Positions 33,501-45,500 of a stretch of 64,000 nt of DNA are shown here, piece by piece (the first letter of the stretch is position 1; the number at the start of each line of letters is the position of its first letter). The stretch is from Pocillopora damicornis (lineage: Eukaryota). The position numbers and the translations under genes are program-made. The notes under the pieces are model-generated. The model worked only from the letters and a program-made list of their open reading frames with translations, was not told the DNA's origin and searched no databases. The stretch lies in assembly GCF_003704095.1 (NCBI RefSeq), contig NW_020846942.1:1240001-1304000 (forward strand). The letters run 5' to 3'.

Positions 33501-36500
33501 TAATTGTGAAGAACCATCCTTACCCCTCAGGACATGAACCAACTTATAGAAAAACTTACAGCAAGTTCTCTGTCACTCAGAGGTAGAGTGTCAGATAATG
33601 AAACCCAAAGGTCTAACCTGAGATTGCTCATTTGAGACTCAGATTTTTTCTAGGTCTTATGCTCAAAGTGAATGAATATCATCATAACATTATTTGCACT
33701 GTTACATAGAGAGACAATTTTTTTTCTGCATCTAAGACAGTTTGTAGAAAAGCCTTCTGTAGGTCTTACACATCTGTGTTGAGGTACATAGGTGTCTTAA
33801 GGTTGCTAATTTTTATGTCCCTCTCTTAATTAAATTAATTTAATTTAATGTCTTTCTTATCAGGCAACAACTTGGCATGATGATTACAACAGATTCCGTG
33901 CTGGTGTAAAAGATTTGGAAGTGATGGTTCAGAATTTGATGTCCTCTGCATTTGAAACAATAACAACTGTCCAAGAAGGTGTAGAAATTTTGGACATATT
34001 CCAACATTTGTCATCAAGAGAGGTAAAATCATCATTTCCTCATTCATTGCATTATCAATTGAAGACACTAATTTACTTCAAATATATCTTTCTTGCCACA
34101 AAGACTTTAAAAATCCCCCCTGAAGGTTTGTTAATTTCCAAGGCCTCTAAATGAAGGAGGGCTCTTTGACCCTTTAATCCCTATGAGTGACTCACATCTT
34201 ATTTCTCCCTGCAATTTTACCCCTGAGTCACACATTAAGGTCACAAGAATAAAGGAAATGATCACCAACTAAAGAAGTTCTTGATTGTTAAACAAGTTCT
34301 CCTTGTCAACAACTCAGGAAACATGTAAAGAACAGTATGGAGAATATACATATTAATGTTAGAGTGTAAAGGGTTAAGAGGGACGCCTGTAGGGGGCTCA
34401 TTTAGAACTTGATGAAGGCAGAAATGTGAGTCATTTCTTGCTTGTGAGTTGTTTCCCAGATTAACAAGGCTGTGTTTCTTTGAAGGCTCAAAGAGTGGAA
34501 CTTGTTCGAGAGGGTAGGTTTTAAAAAGGGGGAGGCCTTATAGAGAAGTGGGCACATTACAGCAGAGGTCTTATATAAAGTGTTCTCTGTATGTTGTACT
34601 TCAGGCCATCAGACGTACAATTGACAAGAAGACAGTGGAAGTGTACCAGCTTTTCAATGAAGAACTAAACCTTGTAAAGAAAGAGTTCAATACCAAGACA
34701 GTGGACTTGCCACCTATGTATCCAATTTATGCAGGATCAGCAGCCTGGGCAAGAATGCTTAAAAGGAGGATAGATCGACCAATGAATGTAAGCTCCTTGT
34801 CTCCAACATGAAGCTTTTGTTTTAAATGGGGAGGGGTTAATAAGTGGATGGGATTCTAGTACATCACGGATAAACTGTGTCAAGATCTCCAATTTTCTTG
34901 CCAAGATCTTTGGTATTCTTGCCAAGATCTTCAAGGATCTTTTGCTTTCTTGCCAAGATCTTCAAGGATTTTCAAAATTCCTGTTAAGCTCTTTTAAGAT
35001 GGTCAAAGATCTTGGAAAGAAAATGAAAGGTCCTTGAAATCTCAGCAGGAAAATGAAAGATCCTTGAAGATCTAGGTAAGAAAATGAAAGATCCTGGAAG
35101 ATCTTAACAAGAATTTTGAAGATATTTATTCCAAAGTTTTTTCAAAGATCTTCATTATGTCAATAGCAATACAATTTTAAATGTAAATACATTACATATA
35201 TTTGCTAAGAAAAAACATAGATATATTTAAAAATCTGTTGACTTTGATTGAAATAGGTAAGATTTATTTTGGCTGAAATATGGCAATAAAGAATTAAAGG
35301 CTGTTATTGAGAAATGTAAAAAATGGCAATGAAAAGACCTAGGAGATGGCTCCTTCAATAGTGTCAATATCAATATCAATAGGAAATTATCTTTTCTACT
35401 GTCAGAGTAGAAGCCATCATCTGATACAAATGATTCTGCTGTTTACTTCTGCCCACAAGTATACTGTCAAGATGTCAGTCTTCATCTTTGACAACAGTCC
35501 TTTCATAACTACTCCTACTTGGATGAATGTGTTGTATAATAAACTGTTACTCTAAGGTTCAAAGTATTATTAAGTTTTGGATTAATGTCTCTTTCTCCCC
35601 ACAAGGAGTTGAAACAACTGTTTTTTTGTTGGTAATTTGCCTTTTTCTCACAGGTATTGAACAAGTCATTCTTCTTGCCACTGATCGGGACTGGAGAGGA
35701 AATCAGATCACAATACCAACAACTTGCTCAGGTACAATAGTTTAAAGCAGTACTGTACTTATTGACTGAGTGGGAGGGCCAGATGGTTAAAAAACCATCT
35801 GTGTGTGACATAGCTAGGAGTCAAATATTTTCCTGTGTTGCTCAACCTTTTTCAGTCAATAAGTTTTTTATCATTTGACTGCTGCTCTCTCTCTTCCTTA
35901 TTTTTGTTGTCCTTACTTTTAGTCTTCAGATCTTTACCTTAACCCTAGCTGTTAGAGCGAGTTGAAATCACCTTAATTCTCATCGCTTTTAATTTTTTGT
36001 TTATTGTGATGAAGGTTGTATTTGAAAGCTGCCTCTGGATATTGTGACTTAATTACACGAAGGAGCTTATTTTGACAGCACAAGTATTATGATAAACCTG
36101 CTCAATTCTTTGACTTTGCGTAAATTAAATGTTCTTCTTAACCCTTTAACTCCCAGGTGAAATTTGTAATTCTCCTTATTGTCAACCATACAATTCCTAT
36201 AATTTTAGTTTAGAGAAGTTAGCATTGGATCAACTAATTATTCCCAAATTGATATTTTTCTATATTCTCGTCACTTATCTGCTTGATGTTGTATTGATAT
36301 TGTAAGGAGAAATTCTGTCTTCTTGTTAACAGATAAACAGTGTAAACACACTCATCACCATTTGACTTCCGCCCATGTAGGCTCTTGATGAATTTGTTAG
36401 AAAGACTTTCAATGAATGGACTTCCACCGTTGACAAGGAGGCTACTAGACTGTTAGAGATTCCTCTCATGAGACGTAGCTCGGACAGATCTGGGACACTT

Positions 36501-39500
36501 GACCTTAATTTTGACAGGTTAGTAAATTGCTCATTAAAAGAATGACTGGAGGAAGGTTTTATTTGACTTTCAATACAAAATAAAATTGGTGCGATTCATC
36601 ATGAAATACGTGATAATTTGGAGGGATAGTTAAATCAGGAGTATGTCAGTCACCTTGGATCCTTTTTTTCCATCCATCTTTCAATCGATGGAGTGAAGAG
36701 GAAAACATCTTTTTAGAAAAAGTTCCTTTTCCATTCTTATGCTTCCAGCGTCAGATCTCTTCTTCGAATAAGTGCTACATTATAGCAATTTTCAATTGGG
36801 TGTATAGAGAAATCTGGAATTACTTTTGTTTTGCGTCACTTTGACCTTTGATTGGTCTAGAAAACTTGTGCCATCCTCTCAAGTAATTAGATGTAAACCT
36901 AAAAATAATCATGGCTTGGTAGCTCACGTTTTTCCGCGCATAAGACAGTTTGATCAGTTTAACTTTGAGTTCTCTCTGGGTTTAAAGGGTGTTATAACAT
37001 AGCTAGTAAATTTGTCTGATCAAATTCAATTGCGCGAGCGTGCTTCATATTCCTATTGTGCACGCTCATGACGTCAGCAAACAAATCCCTCGAGAGAAAC
37101 AATTTTTCCTACGAAAGATGCGTAAGAGTTGCTCGAGGCGTAGCCGAGAGCAACTCTAGCTTCTTGAGTGCTCTCCAAACTTTCCGCATGCTTCATATCT
37201 CGATGAACGCACAGCTGACGTATGAACCAATTGTTAATTTTTCTTTTCTTCTGAATGGCTGTTGTGATTACTTTGGTTTTAGTTTTACAACAGTCAATCT
37301 GAAAGCCCTTTATTTTATATCTGTCTTTTAATTTCTAATAATGTCATTTGTTGTTATTTTCAGGAACCTTCTGAAGTTGTTCAACGAAATCCATTACTGG
37401 GAGAAATTGATGTTTGAGACTCCTCACTACGTCTCTGAGCTTTACATGAAGAAGGAAGATCTACGAATTCTTAGGGAAAATGTCTTGCTTGTTGTCCGTG
37501 ACTACAACAGGTTTGTGCTAATGATGAATAATATGGCCAACATTGGTTTTGGTGTTAAATGCCTTACAGTATTACAGTAACTGTTCCTCTGGCATGAGAT
37601 ATTAGCTTGCCTCATTGCGAGGTACTGTAATGTTTAGAGTTTGGATTTGGTACATAAGTGCTTGTTACCTCAATGTGCTCCTATAAGTAAATGCATCCTA
37701 TGTTCAAAAGTATATGTAACAAAGAAATTGTCAAAAGTTGCCCCTGAAGAAGAAGGGTTATGGGAATTTTCTCTCTATCGTCCTTATCATTTACTGGTGG
37801 CCGTGATATTTCTATTTGCTGTCAGGAAATTGTTGTTTATACATTACTTTAACTTGGCATTGTTGCTTGTTTGGCAGGATCATAGCAGTTTTGTCATCTG
37901 AAGAACGTGGTTTGTTCAGAGAGAGAATCAGATCACTGGACAAAAAGATTCACCCTGGCCTTACCAAGTTAACTTGGGCTTCAAAGGGAATCTCAGATTA
38001 CTTCATTGGAGAGTGCAGGAATAACTGCAGCAAGGTACATGTACTCTTGATTTACAGTACCAATCTTTGTTAGAAGCAAGCTGCAAATGGTGCTATAAAA
38101 CATGGTTTCAATCGTTACTTAAGCAAAGATTGACAAGAGATAAGAGCGATTTTCAACTGAGTGACAAGGAGTCCAGGATTTTATTGTTTGTGTTTTACTC
38201 TTCCCAATTATTGGTTGGATGACTTGCTTTGTTAAAATAGAAATTCACCAATTTTTTCCCAATTGGTCTCCAACCATCCCAGATGATCAGGGATGTCTAA
38301 TTTCGTTGTTTGAAGCAGCTTGTGAATGAGGTTATTTTAAAAAAGTCTAGTTTGTATATTTCCATGACAGACTAAAGCTATGTATTCGGAAAACGAAAAA
38401 TTGATGTTGATTTTATCTCTGTGTTTTAACATCAGCATCTACAATTTAGAGTTACACAAGTCTGCTAATTATGGAATGGTTGAAGAACAGTAGGATGTGC
38501 CCTTGAGGTTTTATTCAACAAAGACATCTGTTCATAAAAACAGTAAATGTTACTTAAGTCATTAAATGTGCATTTGCATTTTGCAGGTTCAAGATATAGT
38601 GGATGACTACAAGAATGCCAACCTAACCATCTCCAAGAACTGCAAGAAGATCAGTGAGATGTTACTAGTCAAAATTGATGGCAAAAGAGTCTATGACAAT
38701 CTTGAATTTGAAGAGGAACAGGTAAACCACGGGACGATTCTGGATATGATAAGGAGACTGCTTAGCTCTCTCTCAGTTGGTGGGTTTTTGAGCCAGTTCG
38801 TTGGGGCAGTAAGTCTATTAGTATGTCCATAGTTAGTTGGTCCAACCTTCCGTTGGTTGGTAGACTTTCAGTTCATTAGTCCATCTGCCTGTCCACTTGC
38901 TCATCTGTCAGTCGGTCGAATGCAATTAATCGAACAATCAATCAATCAAACAATCGATCAGTCAATATAATTAGGCCAAGTAATAGGTATGGTGCCTTCA
39001 GCGATTAGGTTAATGTTGGTGACTAGAAACAGCTGAAAACTTAAATAGACTAGTTCTACATACAACAACTGATCTTTCTTCGATTCCTTTCCAGAAAAAT
39101 CACCGAAGCATTGTGCAGACAAGACTGCAGGTCACTCATATAGAGATTGTGAGCATCATGAAACAGACGTATGAAGTTTTCAAACATGATGGCCAAGAGG
39201 TAGGTATTGTGGATTGTCCTATTAGATGTGAAATGTTAAGATTTTTATTATGGCAAAAATTTGAAAGGTCCTAGCTGAGAATCCCAAACAACAGTTTGGT
39301 AAAGGTAACGCGAGCTTATTTTTAATTTTTAATTCTGTTTTATTTGGTAGGTGCAAGCTCATTGGTTGCGCTACACTGAGAAAATGGATCGTATGGCTGA
39401 AGAGGCATTCAGATTGAATGTAAAATGGTCATTGCAGGAACTGTCCAGAGCCATTAATGGAGATGGAAAGAGTGCTCCAAACCCGCTGCTCAGGGTCAAA

Positions 39501-42500
39501 GTTGTACTGGAAGGAGACAAGGTTTGAGGCGTACTTATTGTGGTCTTAAGGTTGACAGAGTTCTTTTGATTAGGGATTGGACCAGATGCTAATCATTTTG
39601 AGAGCGCATTTCGATTGAGCTTCTTAAACTAATATCAAAGTAATAACAACAGCCAATCAGAAAAAAATGTGAATATCACAACAAACCAATGAGAATTCAG
39701 AGTTAAACGAGCAAATTGTCAGAAGGGCGGGAAAACGCGAGTGACCCAATCACGATTGGTTTCAGTTTTGAATCTGATTGGTTGAGGAAGTGACACGACC
39801 AATCACAGTACAAAGTAATTCAAAACCAAAACAATCCCAAACTACTTTCGACACTCAAATGAAAAGTGTTCCGTCATTATCTTAAATATCCTTTAAATCT
39901 GTTTTTTTGTAACAACCAGGTGGAATTCTCACCAACATTGAAGAAGCTTGCTAGCATGATGGACAACATTGCAGTTCAGTTGACATCTTGTCTGTCAGTT
40001 TTCCAACGGCTCCCAGATATCCTTACCAAGAAACGTTCTGTTAAAGATGTAAGTGCAACAAGTTTTCTGAAAGACATAAATCACACAGTCACGGAAAATT
40101 TTCTATTTTGTTTCAAACTACCCATATAAATATAAATTAATAATATTTATACTTCAAAAAGTGGCGAAGAGGAAAAGGAAACTATAAATGGACCTTCAAG
40201 TTGGCAGCTGGTTAACTTTTGTGTGTCGTTTGCTTTGTTGCAGCGTGTCTGTGAGATAATTGAAAGGGACGAAGAGACAAAGAAAATCCAAGCCAGCATC
40301 AAAGCTGGAATGTCAGCAAACGCCTCACATCTGCAGTCATACCTCAGCACATGGGATAGGTATGAATCATTAGAGCGATTTTAATTGGTCCAGAAAATTA
40401 GGGTCACTCTCTCAACCAATTAGATGCAAACCCAACACCAATCCCGACTTGGTCGCCCGCGTTTTTCCGCGCCTTAGGCAGTTTCCTCTTTTTTTCGAGT
40501 TCTCATTGGCTCCTTGTGATATTTTTCTTACCTGTGATTGGCTGCGGTGAAAGTTTTGGTTTTGGTTTTAACAACACTCACTCAAAAAGCGCTTTATTAG
40601 TTTTAACTAATGGGACTGAGAGGGGTCCAATTCTGTCTGAAATCAAACTAATGATGAAGAAAGTAAGACAAACGCGAAGCGAAATTAACGAATTGGTATC
40701 CACAGGACGACACACGATTGCCAGTTAATCAAGTTAATCAGAATCAGTTCATCAAAACTAAGCCAAAATTTATCGTCGTGCATAAGTGCTAGTGCAAGCA
40801 TGATGCGCACACTGTTCTATTACTGCTCAAATCGATATGTTAATAGCCATCATGTTCGAAAATTTTGTTACAGTTCTAATTAAGGGGAAAAGAGGACATA
40901 AACCAAAGGGATATTCTTTGAAATAACGCAATTTTATAGTAGAACCTCCATTCTTGAGCAGAAGTGCCCCTAAAATGAAGGCAACAGATGGCAAGGCTTT
41001 ATGGGCATTTTTCTCATTCATGCTTCTTAAACTCGATGGAAATTCCTTTGTTTTCTTGTTTCGAGTGTCTCGAAACTCGACTCGAGCCTGGATCCTCAAT
41101 CCTCGAGGTTTTTCGAAAATTGAGGATCATGAATTGGGGAACGAGGATCGAGTTTCGAGGGACTGTCAACTTACTTTTGAGCGGCACTATTCATCATCAT
41201 CGTCACCTACCAAAGTTGTACTTGACGCTTCGTGACGTATAGTGAATCAGTAATTGCCATTTTAAACGACTGATTGAAGCCCATTGATGTTTAGTTACCG
41301 AGAAATCTGGGAGATTCAGAAGGATGCCTTCATTAGGAGATACCAAAGGCTGAACCCACCGGTCTCCTCGTTTGATGCTGACATCTACAGGTTTGTGAGT
41401 CTATAATCGCTACTGGGACTCTTCTAGTCTAAACTTTAACCCTTTACTCCCAAATATCTGAATGCACATTCTCCATACTGTTCTTTAAGCACCTCCCAAG
41501 GTGCCGGTAAGGAGAATTTGTTTAACGTTCAAGAGTTTCTATTGTTAGTGATCATTTCCCATGACCTTTATGTTTGATTCAGGAGTAATATTGTAAGAAG
41601 AAATATGATGCTCGTCACTCTTAGGTGTTAAAGGGTTTAAGTGCTATTTCTTCACTCAAACTACTCGACAATGTTAATAGGACTGTTGTTTTAGTAAAAC
41701 TAGCTGTAATCCGATTTGATCTTGTTAAGTTGTTGGTCATCCATGCTCCATGCTAGCTCTACTATGTTTCCTTCATTATCTACGCTTTTAACCATTTTAT
41801 TGTTATTTAAGCGAATTCTATAGCCATAACAGCCTGGAGTTGCCTGACATATTCCTTTTGAACATGAGCAGTTAATCAATTTTTTTGAAACTCTCTAGGT
41901 ACACAGAAATTGCCAATAACTTCCAGAAAGAGGAGACAGTGCTCAATATTGATTTTGTGCTCTTGGACAACTCGCCGCTGAAGTTCGCTCTTTTGAGCCA
42001 TTGCAATGAATGGCAGAACAAGTTTACTACTCTTCTGCGTGAAATGGGAAGCCAAAAACTGCTGGAACTGCACAACTTCTTAAAGGACAATGCCAAAAAG
42101 TAAGTAGAAATTACCATAAATGTTTTGATTCCATGCAGTTTAAGGTGGTTGTTTGTGTAAAAAAAAAAGGATGGGGTATAAATATTATAAGACACCTGTG
42201 TATACTCAAAATAAACTAGAAAACTAGTGAAAGTCAGTTATGGGGTCGGAATTGGTTCTAGCTTTCTATTTTCTCCGTTGGGAGGATTGCAAGAGTTTTT
42301 GACCCCTTAAAGAGAAGACTGACGAATGAATAATAATATTTTGAAATTTTGACGCTTAACTGACAACTACTCTTTGATTATTACTTACTTGTGGTGCATT
42401 TTATATCATCTTAACAGGCTCAGTGCTCCTCCAGAAACCTTAGATCAGTTGGGTGATAGTCTGGCTCTGCTGGAACAACTCCAACAAGATTTGCCAAACA

Positions 42501-45500
42501 TCGAGGCCAAGTTTCCACCTCTGCATCAACAATTTGCCATTCTTGAGAAGTACGAAGTTGCTATTCCGGAGGAGGTACGATAATTTTATCACTTGTTTAA
42601 AAGTCAAACCCTGCTTTGATTTCTTTGATGTTTTCTTTCTTTTAAACAAGGAATAAACGCGTTGTATTTGTAACGAGCGAAAGGTTCTGGGTAATCACTG
42701 TATAAATGAAACTTCTGTGCTGTACTATTTATTTACGCTGTACAAAATGGTTCTAATTTTTGGTTGGATGGATCAAAGACTGTGCAACCTCTTGAATGAA
42801 ACCCTTTGAGCATTTCGTTCGTTTTAGTTTCTTTCATCAGAATCCAGATAATGTGTAGGCTGTTTCTCTTAAATGTGACCATGTTGTTTATAATCTCTTA
42901 ACCTTCCTTTCCTTTACGTAAGATGTTTTTTTGTCTTGTAACAAGCATGGGAAAATAACATATTTTGAGATTTTGAGTCCGCATGAGGAGTCAAACTTAG
43001 ACCATCGGATTTTGGGCTCCGCCGATGCTTTGCCATTGAGCTACAGAGACTCTATGGAGAGCAAGGCTATTGCTCAGTTTATATCATGAGACACGTGCTT
43101 TGCATAGTGCTAGGATTAGCAAAGTCAAAACGTTTTGTTTTAATGTACATGTATGGGAAAAATGTAATTTAACTTTAAGGGCGACTAAATAGCTAACTAT
43201 ATTATGCCCTTCTCCATTTTCTTTCCTCTTTGTAATCACTATAAAGAAGTTTGTCTTTGTTGAAATAGAGGGAAAAAAAGGAACAAATAAAACAGAATAA
43301 GAAAGATGGTTATTGTTCCACTCTTTCCCCCTTTTTCCTTCTTTGCAAAACAGTTGCCTCTTCCGCATACAAGAACTGAACTTTCATGCTTTTATTTGTT
43401 GGCTTTCCCGCAGGTACAACAGATGCTCGATCAGCTGAGTGGCGAGTGGGTGTCCTTCCAGCAGTGCTTGATCGACAGTGATGCTATGCTGAAGAAAAGC
43501 AAGGAGAAGTTCAAAACAGGGCTGATTCATTCTTCAGAAGACTTTAAGAAAACTGTCTCAACACTGTTTGATGATTTCCAGAACAAAGGTCCATTCAGCA
43601 GCTCTACCTCTGTAAAAGAGGTTCGTATATGTGTAGCTTTTGTTTAGCTGTGAAGGAAGATCTTTAAATCATCACCACTTAACATAAATTAACGGGCCTT
43701 AAGCCATATTTTAAAATCAAAAGTTAAAGATTAGAGGAGCAGGTCCATAAGTTTTCTTTCCTTAGCTTGTAGTTTTATTGTATAATTTTCAAAACTTTTG
43801 AAATCCTGATCTTGAATGAAAGCCGAAGAGCTTTACTGCTAGACCTCTATTTTGTGTTTTCTTGCCGCAATTGTCCTTCTTCAGGAGGTTCTGTGAGTAT
43901 TGATTAGACTCCATTTATTATCAGACCCGAAGCAGTCCTTCTTTCCAAATAGTGTTTACCGCACGATTAAAAAGTCTGCGAAAACAAAACAAAACCTAGT
44001 GCCTGAAAAATCTCTGCCCTTTTCCGTTTAACCGTGTGACTATAGTGTAGTGAATTGAGGCAGAAAATACCATGACCATTGTATTTTTATAGTCATGCCG
44101 CATGGTCATAACTTCAGTGCGCGTATAATGAATGCAATATTTTTGTCTTAGGCTTTGGAGGAGGTCAAAATGTACCACGAACAAGTCACTAACTTAAAGA
44201 CACAAGAAAACAAACTGAGACGAGGATTAAACATCTTCAAGATTGAGCAGCCTCCGTCGAAGGATCTGCAAGGGCTGGAGAAAGATCTGGAATACTTGGA
44301 GCAGGTTTGGACCATCACAAAGGAATGGGAAGACCTGTGGGATGCTTGGAAAGTTGGCAAATTCGAAGAGCTGGTAACCACCGATATGGAGACTACGTCG
44401 CAGTTGTTGTTCAAGAGGTTGAACAAGCTGGTTCGAGAAGTAAAGGTAAGGGTAATTTGAATTCGCTCACATGCGATTGGTCTCGATACATCATGTGACC
44501 CGTTATGTCCCCGTTAAAGCTAGGGAATATTTAGTGATATCCCCAACTCGAAGCCTTTTCCCTAAGTTTTCCCTAAGCTCCGCTCTCTGAAACTCGCGGT
44601 GCAGGTAATCTTAGGGGACAAATATCCGAGAATATTTTCGTGCCAATTGGAGGCTATTGTTAAGTAATATATGTAATCCTAATTTGTGGTTTTGGGAGCA
44701 GATAGGAGCTGTGCTGAGAGATAAATCTGTGGAAAAATAGGAATTGGACACTTCACAGATTATAGGTTGATGAAAATGTGACCTATAACTGCTATTTCTC
44801 TCGTCTACTCCTCAAATGTATCGTTATTTTTCCCTACAGGACAAAAACTGGGACATTTGTGACTCCATCAAGTCTCGTATCGAGCAGTTCAAGCGCACCA
44901 TGCCATTGATCCAAGATTTGAAGAACCCAGCTATGAGAGACAGACACTGGGCACAAATCAAGTCTGAGGTTCAAAAGCCTTTTGATCAGAATGGTAAGTT
45001 AATTAATCTTATTACCTACTTTTTCTTCTCATCGCCTAGGAATGGAGCAATTTTGAATCGAGTGTCGAAAGTTATCCGGAATTGCTTTGGTTTTGACTTA
45101 ATTTTGCTCTGTGATTGGTCAATCAAATGAAAAGCTAGAAACGATAGCAACTTGGTCTTGCGCGTTTTCCCGCGCTTCAAGTAGTTTTCTTGTTTTCACT
45201 TTGAGTTCTCATTGGCTAATGAGAATGTAAAGCTTTGTTCTGATTGGTCGCTGGGATTACCTTGGTTTTGGTTTTTCGACACTCAATAGAAAAATTAAAA
45301 CTTTGAGGGTTTTTTGAGTATGGGTTGAAGCCCTTGATTTGTCAAGGTTTCTCTCTTGGCGCGCGCGCGCTGGATGCGTGACGTGTAGTTTCACTGTGAC
45401 AAGAATTACGTGAGCAATAGAAACACGCAGAGTCCGTTAGAGTAAGAAGCAAAAATGATCGAAAGCTATCCGAGATTACTTTGAGTTTGCTTTAATTAAT

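Noticed and set aside
34880-35153. CRISPR-like appearance of the periodic ~30-nt repeats (also 61700-61935)
   Set aside because: No unique spacers, degenerate units, eukaryotic intron context and no cas genes.
38925-38965. (CAAT)n tract, poly-T at ~3898-3920 and poly-G at ~18859-18871
   Set aside because: Ordinary simple repeats with no further structure.
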